From: a virus
Taxonomy: Duplodnaviria > Heunggongvirae > Uroviricota > Caudoviricetes
Strand: one strand, 5' to 3'
IMG/VR virus record: IMGVR_UViG_3300029068_000009
Length of the DNA: 8,357 nt
The position numbers and the translations under genes were made by a program. The notes beneath the pieces are model-generated. The model did not search any database, was not told the origin of the DNA, and was given only the letters and a program-made list of their open reading frames with translations. This document shows positions 1-6,678 of the stretch, piece after piece. Position 1 is the first letter of the stretch; each line of letters opens with the position of its first letter.

Positions 1-165
1 GCCACGGAATGGTCTGTGTTGTCGGGAGGATGCGTGATCTGATCCTTCAACTCAGCAAAAGTTCGATTTATTCAACAAAGCCCTTATGAGGCCGTAAAAA
101 CGACGCGGACACACAAAGCCCGACGGGAGAACCGAACTGCCGACCAGTTAAGCCAGTACGGGGCC

Positions 166-1509
166 GTGTCGTTACGTGAGCAGGCCCGTTACCTTGATAA
201 CAACCACGATCTGGTCATTGGTGTATTTGACAAGCTGGAAGAACGGGTGGTGGGGAAAAATGGGATTATTGTCGAGCCACATCCGGTATTACGCAATGGT
301 GCCATTGCCCGTGACCTGGCAGCGGAGATACGTACCCGATGGAGTGAATGGTCTGTCAGTCCGGAAGTCACCGGGCAGTTTACCCGTCCGATGCTGGAAC
401 GTCTGATGCTGCGTACCTGGCTGCGCGATGGTGAGGTGTTTGCCCAGATGGTTTCCGGGCGCATAAACAGCCTGACGCCTTCTGCCGGTGTTCATTTCTG
501 GCTGGAGGCGCTCGAGCCGGACTTTATTCCCATGACCAGTGATGAGAGCAACAGGCTGAATCAGGGCGTGTTTGTTGATGACTGGGGGCGTCCCGAAAAA
601 TATCTGGTGTATAAAAGTCGTCCTGTATCCAGACGGCAGATGGAAACCAAAGAAGTGGATGCAGAGCGAATGCTGCATCTTAAATTTGTTCGCCGTCTGC
701 ACCAGATGCGCGGGACGTCTTTATTGTCCGGTGTGCTGATCCGCCTCAGCGCCCTGAAAGAGTATGAAGATTCTGAGCTGACTGCAGCAAGGATCGCCGC
801 TGCTCTGGGGATGTACATCCGGAAAGGCGACGGACAGAGCTATGAAACGGATGGTAATGACAGCAAGGAGAACGAACGCGAGCTTACCATTCAGCCAGGC
901 ATTATTTACGACGATCTGAAACCCGGCGAAGAAATCGGAATGGTGAAGTCGGATCGTCCCAATCCTAACCTTGAAACTTTTCGTAATGGTCAGTTGCGTG
1001 CCGTGGCGGCGGGCAGTCGTCTGAGTTTTTCCAGTACGGCACGCAACTATAACGGCACTTACAGCGCCCAGCGTCAGGAACTGGTTGAGTCTACTGATGG
1101 CTACCTGATCCTGCAGGACTGGTTTATTGGTGCCGTCACCCGCCCGATGTATCGTGCCTGGCTGAAACAGGCTGTGGCATCCGGTGTTATCAGGCTACCC
1201 CGCGATCTTGACCGTTCTTCACTGTATACCGCGGTGTATTCCGGACCAGTGATGCCGTGGATTGACCCTGTTAAGGAGGCTGAGGCCTGGAAAATCCAGA
1301 TTCGTGGTGGAGCGGCGACAGAATCAGACTGGGTACGTGCTGGTGGTCGTAATCCGGATGATGTCAAACGTCGGCGCAAGGCCGAAATTGATGAAAACCG
1401 CAAGCTGGATCTGGTATTTGATACCGATCCGGCCAGTGATAAAGGAGGCAGCAGTGCCGCAACGAAACGACAGGAGCCGCAGCACACCGACGACCAGTCC
1501 GAAGAATAA
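166..1509 (+). CDS. Phage portal protein, lambda gpB family; 5' end uncertain
   Basis: 447-codon ORF immediately upstream of the protease/capsid gene, the usual portal position. Central segment GQLRAVAAGSRLSFSSTARNYNGTYSAQRQ resembles a lambda gpB segment as I recall it. First in-frame start is GTG at 166 with no obvious Shine-Dalgarno; the frame is open back to 43 (in-frame TGA at 40-42) with no ATG/GTG/TTG in between. Confidence 0.8.
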   Translation: MSLREQARYLDNNHDLVIGVFDKLEERVVGKNGIIVEPHPVLRNGAIARDLAAEIRTRWSEWSVSPEVTGQFTRPMLERLMLRTWLRDGEVFAQMVSGRINSLTPSAGVHFWLEALEPDFIPMTSDESNRLNQGVFVDDWGRPEKYLVYKSRPVSRRQMETKEVDAERMLHLKFVRRLHQMRGTSLLSGVLIRLSALKEYEDSELTAARIAAALGMYIRKGDGQSYETDGNDSKENERELTIQPGIIYDDLKPGEEIGMVKSDRPNPNLETFRNGQLRAVAAGSRLSFSSTARNYNGTYSAQRQELVESTDGYLILQDWFIGAVTRPMYRAWLKQAVASGVIRLPRDLDRSSLYTAVYSGPVMPWIDPVKEAEAWKIQIRGGAATESDWVRAGGRNPDDVKRRRKAEIDENRKLDLVFDTDPASDKGGSSAATKRQEPQHTDDQSEE

Positions 1510-3481
1510 TTCCTGGTTCAGGATGCAGGCTGGTCACCAGAGTGACGCGGATATTTATATTTATGACGAGATTGGTTTCTGGGGTGTTACAGCGAAGCAG
1601 TTTATCAGTGATCTGAATGCACTGGGCGATATCACCCACATTAATCTCCATATTAATTCACCGGGTGGCGATGTCTTTGAAGGCATCGCCATTTTTAATG
1701 CGCTGAAAACACATGGTGCGTCCATTACCGTTTATGTCGACGGTGTGGCGGCGTCAATGGCGTCGGTCATTGCGATGGTGGGAAACCCGGTCATTATGCC
1801 GGAAAACACTTTCATGATGATTCATAAACCATTTGGCTTTACGGGCGGTGATGCGGAGGACATGCGCACCTATGCCGACCTGCTCGATAAAGTTGAGGCG
1901 GTTCTGTTACCCGCTTATGCACAGAAAACCGGGAAAACCACCGATGAAATTGCTGCCATGCTGGCGGATGAGACCTGGATGTCCGGTGCCGAATGTCTGG
2001 CACATGGATTTGCTGATCAGGTAACGCCAGCCGTTAAGGCAATGGCATGTATTCAGTCAAAACGTACAGAGGAATTTAAAAAGATGCCGGAATCCATTCG
2101 AAACATGATTACTCCGCCACGCAACAGTGCTCCACGCGTACAGGATGATGAACCTGCAGCCTCCCGGACGCCAGTGCAGGCAGCAGCACCCGTGGTGGAT
2201 GAAAACAGTATCCGTGCGCAGGTACTGGCAGAGCAAAAAGCGCGTGTAAACGGTATTAATGATCTGTTTGCCATGTTTGGCGGGCGTTATCAGACGCTGC
2301 AGGCTCAGTGTCTTGCCGATCCTGAATGTTCGCTGGAGCAGGCCCGCGAAAAGCTGTTGAACGAGATGGGGCGCGAGTCCACGCCATCCAATAAAAATAC
2401 CCCGGCTCATATTTATGCCGGTAACGGTAATTTTGTGGGGGACGGGATCCGCCAGGCGCTGATGGCGCGTGCCGGATTTGAAAAAACCGAACGTGATAAT
2501 GTCTACAACGGGATGACCCTGCGTGAATATGCCCGTATGTCACTGACTGAACGGGGTATTGGGGTTTCCAGTTATAACCCGATGCAGATGGTCGGTGCGG
2601 CGTTCACACACAGTACGTCTGACTTCGGTAATATTCTGCTGGATGTTGCGAACAAAGCCATTCTGCAGGGCTGGGAAGATGCTCCTGAAACCTATGAACA
2701 GTGGACGCGGAAAGGTCAGTTGTCTGATTTTAAAATTGCCCATCGTGTGGGTATGGGGGGCTTCAGTGCTCTGCGTCAGGTGCGTGAAGGGGCGGAATAT
2801 AAATACGTCACCACCGGAGATAAACAGGCCACTATTGCACTGGCGACCTATGGCGAGCTGTTCAGTATCACCCGTCAGGCCATTATCAATGATGATCTGA
2901 ATATGCTGACCGATGTCCCGATGAAGCTGGGCCGTGCGGCGAAATCCACCATTGCCGATCTGGTTTATGCCATTCTGACGTCTAACCCGAAAATCTCCAC
3001 AGATAATGTAAGTCTGTTCGATAAAGCGAAACATGCAAACGTACTGGAGAGCGCTGCAATGGACGTGGCATCGCTGGATAAAGCCCGCCAGTTGATGCGC
3101 GTTCAGAAAGAGGGGGAGCGTCATCTGAATATTCGTCCTGCGTTCGTACTGGTACCGACGGCGATGGAGTCTGTTGCTAACCAGGTCATTCGCTCCTCAA
3201 GTGTCAAGGGGGCTGACATTAACGCCGGTATTATTAACCCGGTGAAAGATTTTGCGACCGTTATTGCAGAGCCTCGTCTTGATGATAACAGCCAGACCAC
3301 CTTCTACCTGGCTGCGTCCAAAGGCTCCGATACGATTGAAGTGGCTTATCTCAACGGTGTGGATACGCCATATATTGATCAGATGGAGGGCTTCAGTGTG
3401 GATGGCGTGACAACGAAAGTGCGTATTGACGCCGGTGTCGCGCCAGTTGATCACCGCGGTCTGGTGAAATGTACGGCGTAA
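1454..3481 (+). CDS. Tripartite head protein: ClpP-family (S14) prohead protease + scaffold-like linker + major capsid domain
   Basis: One uninterrupted ORF. N-terminal domain carries ClpP hallmarks: INSPGG; GVAASMAS with the putative catalytic Ser codon TCA at 1754-1756; MMIHKP with the His codon CAT at 1823-1825; a downstream acidic residue in LADETW. A middle charged/Ala-Gln-rich segment looks scaffold-like, and a C-terminal domain of about 400 aa sits where the major capsid protein belongs. Start chosen at GTG 1454, which has AGGAGG at 1443-1448 (5-nt spacer) and overlaps the portal 3' end by 56 nt; alternative start ATG 1523 has a weak RBS. Confidence 0.85.
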   Translation: MPQRNDRSRSTPTTSPKNNSWFRMQAGHQSDADIYIYDEIGFWGVTAKQFISDLNALGDITHINLHINSPGGDVFEGIAIFNALKTHGASITVYVDGVAASMASVIAMVGNPVIMPENTFMMIHKPFGFTGGDAEDMRTYADLLDKVEAVLLPAYAQKTGKTTDEIAAMLADETWMSGAECLAHGFADQVTPAVKAMACIQSKRTEEFKKMPESIRNMITPPRNSAPRVQDDEPAASRTPVQAAAPVVDENSIRAQVLAEQKARVNGINDLFAMFGGRYQTLQAQCLADPECSLEQAREKLLNEMGRESTPSNKNTPAHIYAGNGNFVGDGIRQALMARAGFEKTERDNVYNGMTLREYARMSLTERGIGVSSYNPMQMVGAAFTHSTSDFGNILLDVANKAILQGWEDAPETYEQWTRKGQLSDFKIAHRVGMGGFSALRQVREGAEYKYVTTGDKQATIALATYGELFSITRQAIINDDLNMLTDVPMKLGRAAKSTIADLVYAILTSNPKISTDNVSLFDKAKHANVLESAAMDVASLDKARQLMRVQKEGERHLNIRPAFVLVPTAMESVANQVIRSSSVKGADINAGIINPVKDFATVIAEPRLDDNSQTTFYLAASKGSDTIEVAYLNGVDTPYIDQMEGFSVDGVTTKVRIDAGVAPVDHRGLVKCTA

Positions 3482-3504
3482 ACGTCGCAGACAACAACTC
3501 TGAT

Positions 3505-3524
3505 GGCCCGTAAGGGCTTTTTTT
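3505..3524 (+). terminator. Putative weak intrinsic terminator or attenuator downstream of the capsid gene
   Basis: GCCC (3506-3509) pairs with GGGC (3514-3517) around a GNRA-type loop GTAA (3510-3513), followed by T7 (3518-3524). Lies 24 nt after the capsid-gene stop. The stem is only 4-5 bp. Confidence 0.4.
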
Positions 3525-3567
3525 GTACCTGAAATCAGCCTCTGAACGGGGCTGTGCGGAGACAGTT

Positions 3568-3891
3568 ATGGCAAAGAATTTTGTAGAAGAAGGAAAAACG
3601 GTGGCGATTGTTGCCAGTGCAGCCATCAGCAGCGGAGATCTGGTGCAGGTGGGTGATGTTTTTGCGGTGGCGCTGACCGATATTCCACAGGGTGAAACAG
3701 GCGACGGCATGACCGAAGGTGTGTTTATCCTGCCTAAACTGAAAACGGATGACATGAAAACGGGTAAGAAGGTTTATCTGAAGTCCGGAAAAGTTCAGCT
3801 GACTAACAGCGGCTCTGATCCGCTGGTCGGGGTTGTCTGGGCAGATGCCGGAACCAGTGCAGAAGAAGTGCCGGTAAAACTCAATGTCTGA
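3568..3891 (+). CDS. Small head protein, putative capsid decoration/cement protein (DUF2190-like)
   Basis: 107-aa ORF directly after the capsid gene. ATG 3568 is preceded by GGAG (3558-3561). Gly/Val-rich small beta-type protein; assignment is by position and general resemblance, not verified. The TTG at 3523 in the ORF track lies inside the T-tract and was not used. Confidence 0.55.
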   Translation: MAKNFVEEGKTVAIVASAAISSGDLVQVGDVFAVALTDIPQGETGDGMTEGVFILPKLKTDDMKTGKKVYLKSGKVQLTNSGSDPLVGVVWADAGTSAEEVPVKLNV

Positions 3892-4159
3892 TCCCTTTTC
3901 CCGGCTGGCAGCGCGTATGGATGCGATCACGGTCAGAAAGATGGGAAAGACAGCCTCGATTAATGATGTCGATATGGCTGTGATCCCGGGCGAAACACTG
4001 GCAGAGCTGAATGCTCTGTCCGGACCTGCGGTCTCTCTGGTGGTGTTTTCTTCGGGATACCGCCCACGGCGCGGGGATCGCGTTGTTTATGACGGACAAC
4101 AATGGACGGTCACACGGCATGAACGTTTTAACGGTAAGCCAATGATCTTTATTGAGTAA
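3884..4159 (+). CDS. Putative head-tail joining / head completion protein (positional analogue of lambda FII)
   Basis: 91-aa ORF whose ATG (3884-3886) overlaps the upstream stop (TGA 3889-3891) by 8 nt, indicating translational coupling. Sits between head genes and gpZ; function inferred from position and size only. Confidence 0.5.
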   Translation: MSDPFSRLAARMDAITVRKMGKTASINDVDMAVIPGETLAELNALSGPAVSLVVFSSGYRPRRGDRVVYDGQQWTVTRHERFNGKPMIFIE

Positions 4160-4170
4160 AGAGGTGTGGG

Positions 4171-4749
4171 ATGAAGGGGCTTGAGAATGCCATCCGCAAT
4201 CTGAACAGCCTTGATACCCGTATGGTGCCACAGGCCAGCGCATGGGCGATAAACCGTGTGGCACAGAAAGCGGTCTCGGTTGCCACCCGGCAGGTTGCCG
4301 GGAATACCGTTGCGGGAGATAACCAGGTGAAAGGGATCCCCCTGAAACTGGTACGTCAGCGTGTCCGGGTGTTTAAAGCCAGTCCGTCAGGAAAAATGAC
4401 GGCCAGGATCCGCGTTAACCGGGGCAATCTGCCCGCCATTAAGCTGGGGACAGCCCGGGTCAGACTGGCCCGGCGTGGTGGAAAACTGCAGTACCGTGGC
4501 AGTGTGCTGAAGGTGGGTAAATATCTTTTCCGGGATGCGTTTATTCAGCAACTGGCGAATGGTCGCTGGCATGTGATGCGGCGTATTGATGGCAAAAATC
4601 GTTACCCCATTGATGTGGTGAAAATCCCGCTTTCCGGACCGCTGACACAGGCATTTGAAGATGCCCGCGACCGCATCATTGCTGCGGAAATGCCGAAACA
4701 GCTGGGGTATGCACTGAAACAACAACTGAGGTTATGGCTGACCCGATGA
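4171..4749 (+). CDS. Z: Tail completion protein, lambda gpZ homologue
   Basis: 192 aa, the same length as lambda gpZ. Starts MKGLENAIRNLNSLD and contains VFKASP, NRGNLPAIKLGTAR, FRDAFIQQLANGRWHVMRR and GKNRYPIDVVKIP, matching lambda Z as I recall it. RBS GAGG at 4161-4164, 6 nt before ATG 4171. Confidence 0.85.
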   Translation: MKGLENAIRNLNSLDTRMVPQASAWAINRVAQKAVSVATRQVAGNTVAGDNQVKGIPLKLVRQRVRVFKASPSGKMTARIRVNRGNLPAIKLGTARVRLARRGGKLQYRGSVLKVGKYLFRDAFIQQLANGRWHVMRRIDGKNRYPIDVVKIPLSGPLTQAFEDARDRIIAAEMPKQLGYALKQQLRLWLTR

Positions 4750-5147
4750 ACCGACATACACAAATCCGCCAGGCCGTACTGGCACGCCTTCGGGAACAGT
4801 GTGGAGACAGCGCCACGTTTTTTGACGGGCTTCCGGCATTTATTGATGCGCAGGAACTGCCTGCCGTGGCGGTGTGGCTGAGTGATGCTCAGTACACCGG
4901 AAAAATGACGGATGAAGATGACTGGCAGGCTGTTCTGCATATTGCTGTCTTCATCCGGGCACAGGCACCGGATTCAGAGCTGGATATGTGGATGGAGAGC
5001 ACCATTTTCCCGGCCCTGAATGATATACCGGCACTTTCCGGACTCATCGACACCCTGATCCCTCTCGGTTTTAACTATCAACGTGATAATGAGATGGCCA
5101 CCTGGGCGATGGCGGAAATCACGTACCAGATCACGTACACGAATTAA
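4746..5147 (+). CDS. U: Tail terminator protein, lambda gpU homologue
   Basis: Contains ATFFDG, PAVAV, AQYTG, PDSELDMWMES, IPALS and ITYQITY, closely paralleling lambda gpU. Start placed at ATG 4746, which forms an ATGA overlap with the Z stop (4747-4749) as at the lambda Z/U junction and aligns with the lambda U N-terminus. The ORF-track start at ATG 4734 is an alternative. Confidence 0.88.
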   Translation: MNRHTQIRQAVLARLREQCGDSATFFDGLPAFIDAQELPAVAVWLSDAQYTGKMTDEDDWQAVLHIAVFIRAQAPDSELDMWMESTIFPALNDIPALSGLIDTLIPLGFNYQRDNEMATWAMAEITYQITYTN

Positions 5148-5158
5148 AGGAGGTGGCA

Positions 5159-5902
5159 ATGACCACACCAAATCCACTGGCAAAAACGAAAGGTGCGGGA
5201 ACGACGTTCTGGATGTACACCGGCAAGGGCGATGCGTTTGCGAACCCTTTATCGGACACTGACTGGCTGCGTCTTGCGATGGTGAAGGATCTGCAACCTG
5301 GCGAAATGACCGCTGATGCAGAAGATGACTCTTATCTCGATGATGAAGATGCAGACTGGAAAACGACAACCCAGGGGCAGAAATCCGTCGGTGATACTTC
5401 GGCGACGCTGGCCTGGCGTCCGGGTGACAGCGGGCAGAAAAAACTGGTTCAGTTGTTCGACTCCGGTGAAGTCTGCGCGTTTCGTATCAAATATCCCAAC
5501 GGCACTGTTGATGTTTTCCGTGGCTGGCTGAGCTCACTGGGTAAAACCATTGCCTCAAAAGACGTGATGACCCGCACAGTGAAAATCAGCGGTGTGGGGC
5601 GTCCGTATCTGGCAGAGGAAGGCACTGAAACAGTGAGCGTTACCGGGCTGACGGTGGCACCGGCATCTGCCAGTGTAAAAGTGGGAGCAACCACCACGCT
5701 GACCTTTACAGTAAAACCTGACGGAGCCAGTGACAAAGCGATCAGTGTGCATTCGACAGATCCACAGACTGCCACGGTGACCCTGAACGGGCTTGTGGCC
5801 ACGGTGAAAGGCGTGAAGCAGGGCAGTGTCAGCATTGTGGGCATGACTTCTGACGGCGATTTTGTGGCAGTGGCTGCGGTGGCTGTCAGCGCCGCAGGTT
5901 AA
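5159..5902 (+). CDS. V: Major tail tube protein, lambda gpV homologue, with C-terminal Ig-like domain
   Basis: Strong similarity to lambda gpV throughout: KGAGTT, ANPLSD, YLDDEDADW, GQGQKS, GDTS, LAW, PNGTVDVFRGW, TRTVK, GVGRP. ATG 5159 is preceded by GGAGG (5149-5153). C-terminal residues from about 161 form an Ig-like (Big_2-type) beta domain. Confidence 0.95.
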   Translation: MTTPNPLAKTKGAGTTFWMYTGKGDAFANPLSDTDWLRLAMVKDLQPGEMTADAEDDSYLDDEDADWKTTTQGQKSVGDTSATLAWRPGDSGQKKLVQLFDSGEVCAFRIKYPNGTVDVFRGWLSSLGKTIASKDVMTRTVKISGVGRPYLAEEGTETVSVTGLTVAPASASVKVGATTTLTFTVKPDGASDKAISVHSTDPQTATVTLNGLVATVKGVKQGSVSIVGMTSDGDFVAVAAVAVSAAG

Positions 5903-5922
5903 CAGGACGATACTCATCATTT

Positions 5923-5946
5923 GCCCCGGTTATCCGGGGCTTTTTT
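5923..5946 (+). terminator. Intrinsic (rho-independent) terminator between V and G
   Basis: Perfect 7-bp GC-rich stem, GCCCCGG (5923-5929) pairing with CCGGGGC (5934-5940), loop TTAT, followed by T6 (5941-5946). Lies 21 nt after the V stop. Confidence 0.7.
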
Positions 5947-5962
5947 GCAGGTGGAGAACATG

Positions 5963-6349
5963 ATGTTTCTGAAACAGGGCACGTTTAATTATGAAAAGCA
6001 GTCCGTGGTGCTCAGTGAGCTGTCCGGGCTGCAGAGAATTGAATATCTGGCGTTTGTTCAGCAGCGAACGGCAAAGTTTGATGCCGAAGAGGGAGAACTG
6101 CCGGAGGCTGAACGACAGATTGCTTTTCTGCGGATGGGGATGGATATCAATGCCTGGCTGGTTTCCCGCTCACTGTGGAATGCGGAACAGTCTCAGGATG
6201 TTGAGACGCTTTGCGCATCCGTTATTACAACATGGTCGTATGATGCCCTGGGAGCGGGGGCGGAGATGGTTCTGTCGCTGAGCGGTATGGGAGCCATTGA
6301 GAATGCCGGGGATTTGGAGCATGAGGTGCTGACGCCGGAAAAGTCCTGA
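5963..6349 (+). CDS. G: Tail assembly chaperone, lambda gpG homologue
   Basis: Starts MFLKQG as lambda gpG starts MFLK, and contains LSELSGLQRIEYLAF resembling lambda G LSELSALQRIEHLAL. ATG 5963 is preceded by GGAG (5953-5956). The TTG start at 5921 in the ORF track lies inside the terminator hairpin and was rejected. Confidence 0.85.
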   Translation: MFLKQGTFNYEKQSVVLSELSGLQRIEYLAFVQQRTAKFDAEEGELPEAERQIAFLRMGMDINAWLVSRSLWNAEQSQDVETLCASVITTWSYDALGAGAEMVLSLSGMGAIENAGDLEHEVLTPEKS

Positions 6350-6678
6350 CGCGGGAAATGCAGTTTGTCATGCGGCTTGCCCGGGAGTTCCGGCGGGCAG
6401 ACTGGCGGCGGATGCTGTCGGAAATGTCGGCCACTGAGCTTGGTGAGTGGGGCGATTATTTCCGGATGCAGAGCTTCAGTGATGTGTGGATGGATGCGCA
6501 GTTTGCCTCGCTGAAGGCATTGATCGTGAGAATGGTGTCCGGTAGCAGTGATGCTGCGGTGGCTGATTTCAGCCTTTTACCGGAAGAGAACGGGATACCG
6601 GAGCGAACGGACGAAGAACTGATGCATCTTGGGGAAGGTATTTCCGGAGGTGTGCGTTATGGACCAGACATCCGGTAA
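5963..6678 (+). CDS. T: gpGT tail assembly chaperone fusion made by programmed -1 ribosomal frameshift from G into the T frame
   Basis: The T ORF is in the -1 frame relative to G, opens at 6325 (after the T-frame TGA at 6322-6324) and overlaps the last 25 nt of G. This is the same arrangement as lambda G/T. Putative slip site G GAA AAG at 6337-6343. T-frame stop TAA at 6676-6678. Confidence 0.75.
6337..6343 (+). other. Putative -1 frameshift slippery heptamer G GAA AAG
   Basis: It is the only A-rich slippery-type sequence inside the 22-nt window (6325-6346) where both the G and T frames are open. It differs by one base from the lambda heptamer G GGA AAG. Confidence 0.55.

Noticed and set aside
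1339-1346. Chi site GCTGGTGG on the plus strand
   Set aside because: A single octamer in 8.4 kb of enterobacterial-type DNA is close to chance expectation, and no cluster or orientation bias can be assessed from one copy.
2540-3124. 194-aa ORF on the minus strand inside the capsid coding region; similar antisense or out-of-frame ORFs at 289-702, 1101-1487, 3393-3755, 3535-3930, 3881-4264, 5449-5844, 5555-5920 and 6782-7267
   Set aside because: All are fully embedded in, and opposite or out of frame to, plus-strand genes with clear homology. Their translations are low-complexity (Arg/Phe/Ile/Gln or Leu/Gln-rich), typical of shadow ORFs, and none has a convincing RBS. No evidence for antisense genes.
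3523-3567. TTG start at 3523 given by the ORF track for the small head protein
   Set aside because: The TTG lies inside the T7 tract of the putative terminator and has no RBS; ATG 3568 with GGAG 6 nt upstream is a far better initiation site.
5921-5962. TTG start at 5921 given by the ORF track for gpG
   Set aside because: Those codons are the terminator hairpin and T-tract; the homologue-consistent start MFLK at ATG 5963 with an upstream GGAG is preferred.
6352-6358. Sequence CGGGAAA resembling the lambda slippery heptamer GGGAAAG
   Set aside because: It lies downstream of the G stop codon (6347-6349), so ribosomes translating G never reach it; it cannot mediate the G-to-T frameshift.
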